Source of the DNA: Octopus vulgaris
Lineage: Eukaryota
Assembly (NCBI GenBank): GCA_951406725.2
Contig: OX597814.1
Coordinates: 65,348,001-65,412,000 of the forward strand
Direction: 5' to 3'
Length of the DNA: 64,000 nucleotides
Part shown: piece by piece, positions 63,901 through 64,000 of the stretch
Layout: every line of letters starts with the position of its first letter
How positions within the stretch are numbered: position 1 is the stretch's first letter
Translations under genes and position numbers: made by a program
Notes under the pieces: model-generated
What the model was told of the DNA's origin: nothing
Seen by the model: only the letters and a program-made list of their open reading frames with translations
Database searches by the model: none

Positions 63901-64000
63901 ACTGAACTCGCACATGCTCTCCCAACAAGCGCAGTCTCCGCTCACTCAGTTCATGTATTTATCTCGTTGTGGGAGCGTCCCTGTTGTATTTTTCCCAGAG

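Overview
AT-rich, microsatellite-dense eukaryotic non-coding DNA, most consistent with an octopus genome (judged from recalled tRNA-derived SINE families, not from a database search). I could not identify any host protein-coding exon, and nearly all listed ORFs are microsatellite artefacts. The window is a patchwork of mobile DNA: a 5'-truncated Penelope-like element (PLE) with an uninterrupted RT + GIY-YIG ORF (34383-36365), many Dong/R4-like RLE LINE pieces in (TAA)n tracts, RTE/CR1 fragments, a decayed Tc1/mariner, two non-autonomous Helitrons, SINEs and foldback repeats. The main hidden signal is RNA structure. At least a dozen type I hammerhead ribozyme (HHR)-like motifs occur, including two near-identical tandem arrays with one HHR per unit (360 bp at 61.6-62.4 kb, 562 bp at 52.7-54.9 kb) that resemble non-LTR retrozymes. 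Two sequence-divergent HHR elements also share a covarying architecture: a rod hairpin capped by the HHR, followed by an AUAAGGACAC..GUGUC / AGCC-palindrome-GGCUAAA module that I do not recognise. All pairings were read by eye and activity is untested.
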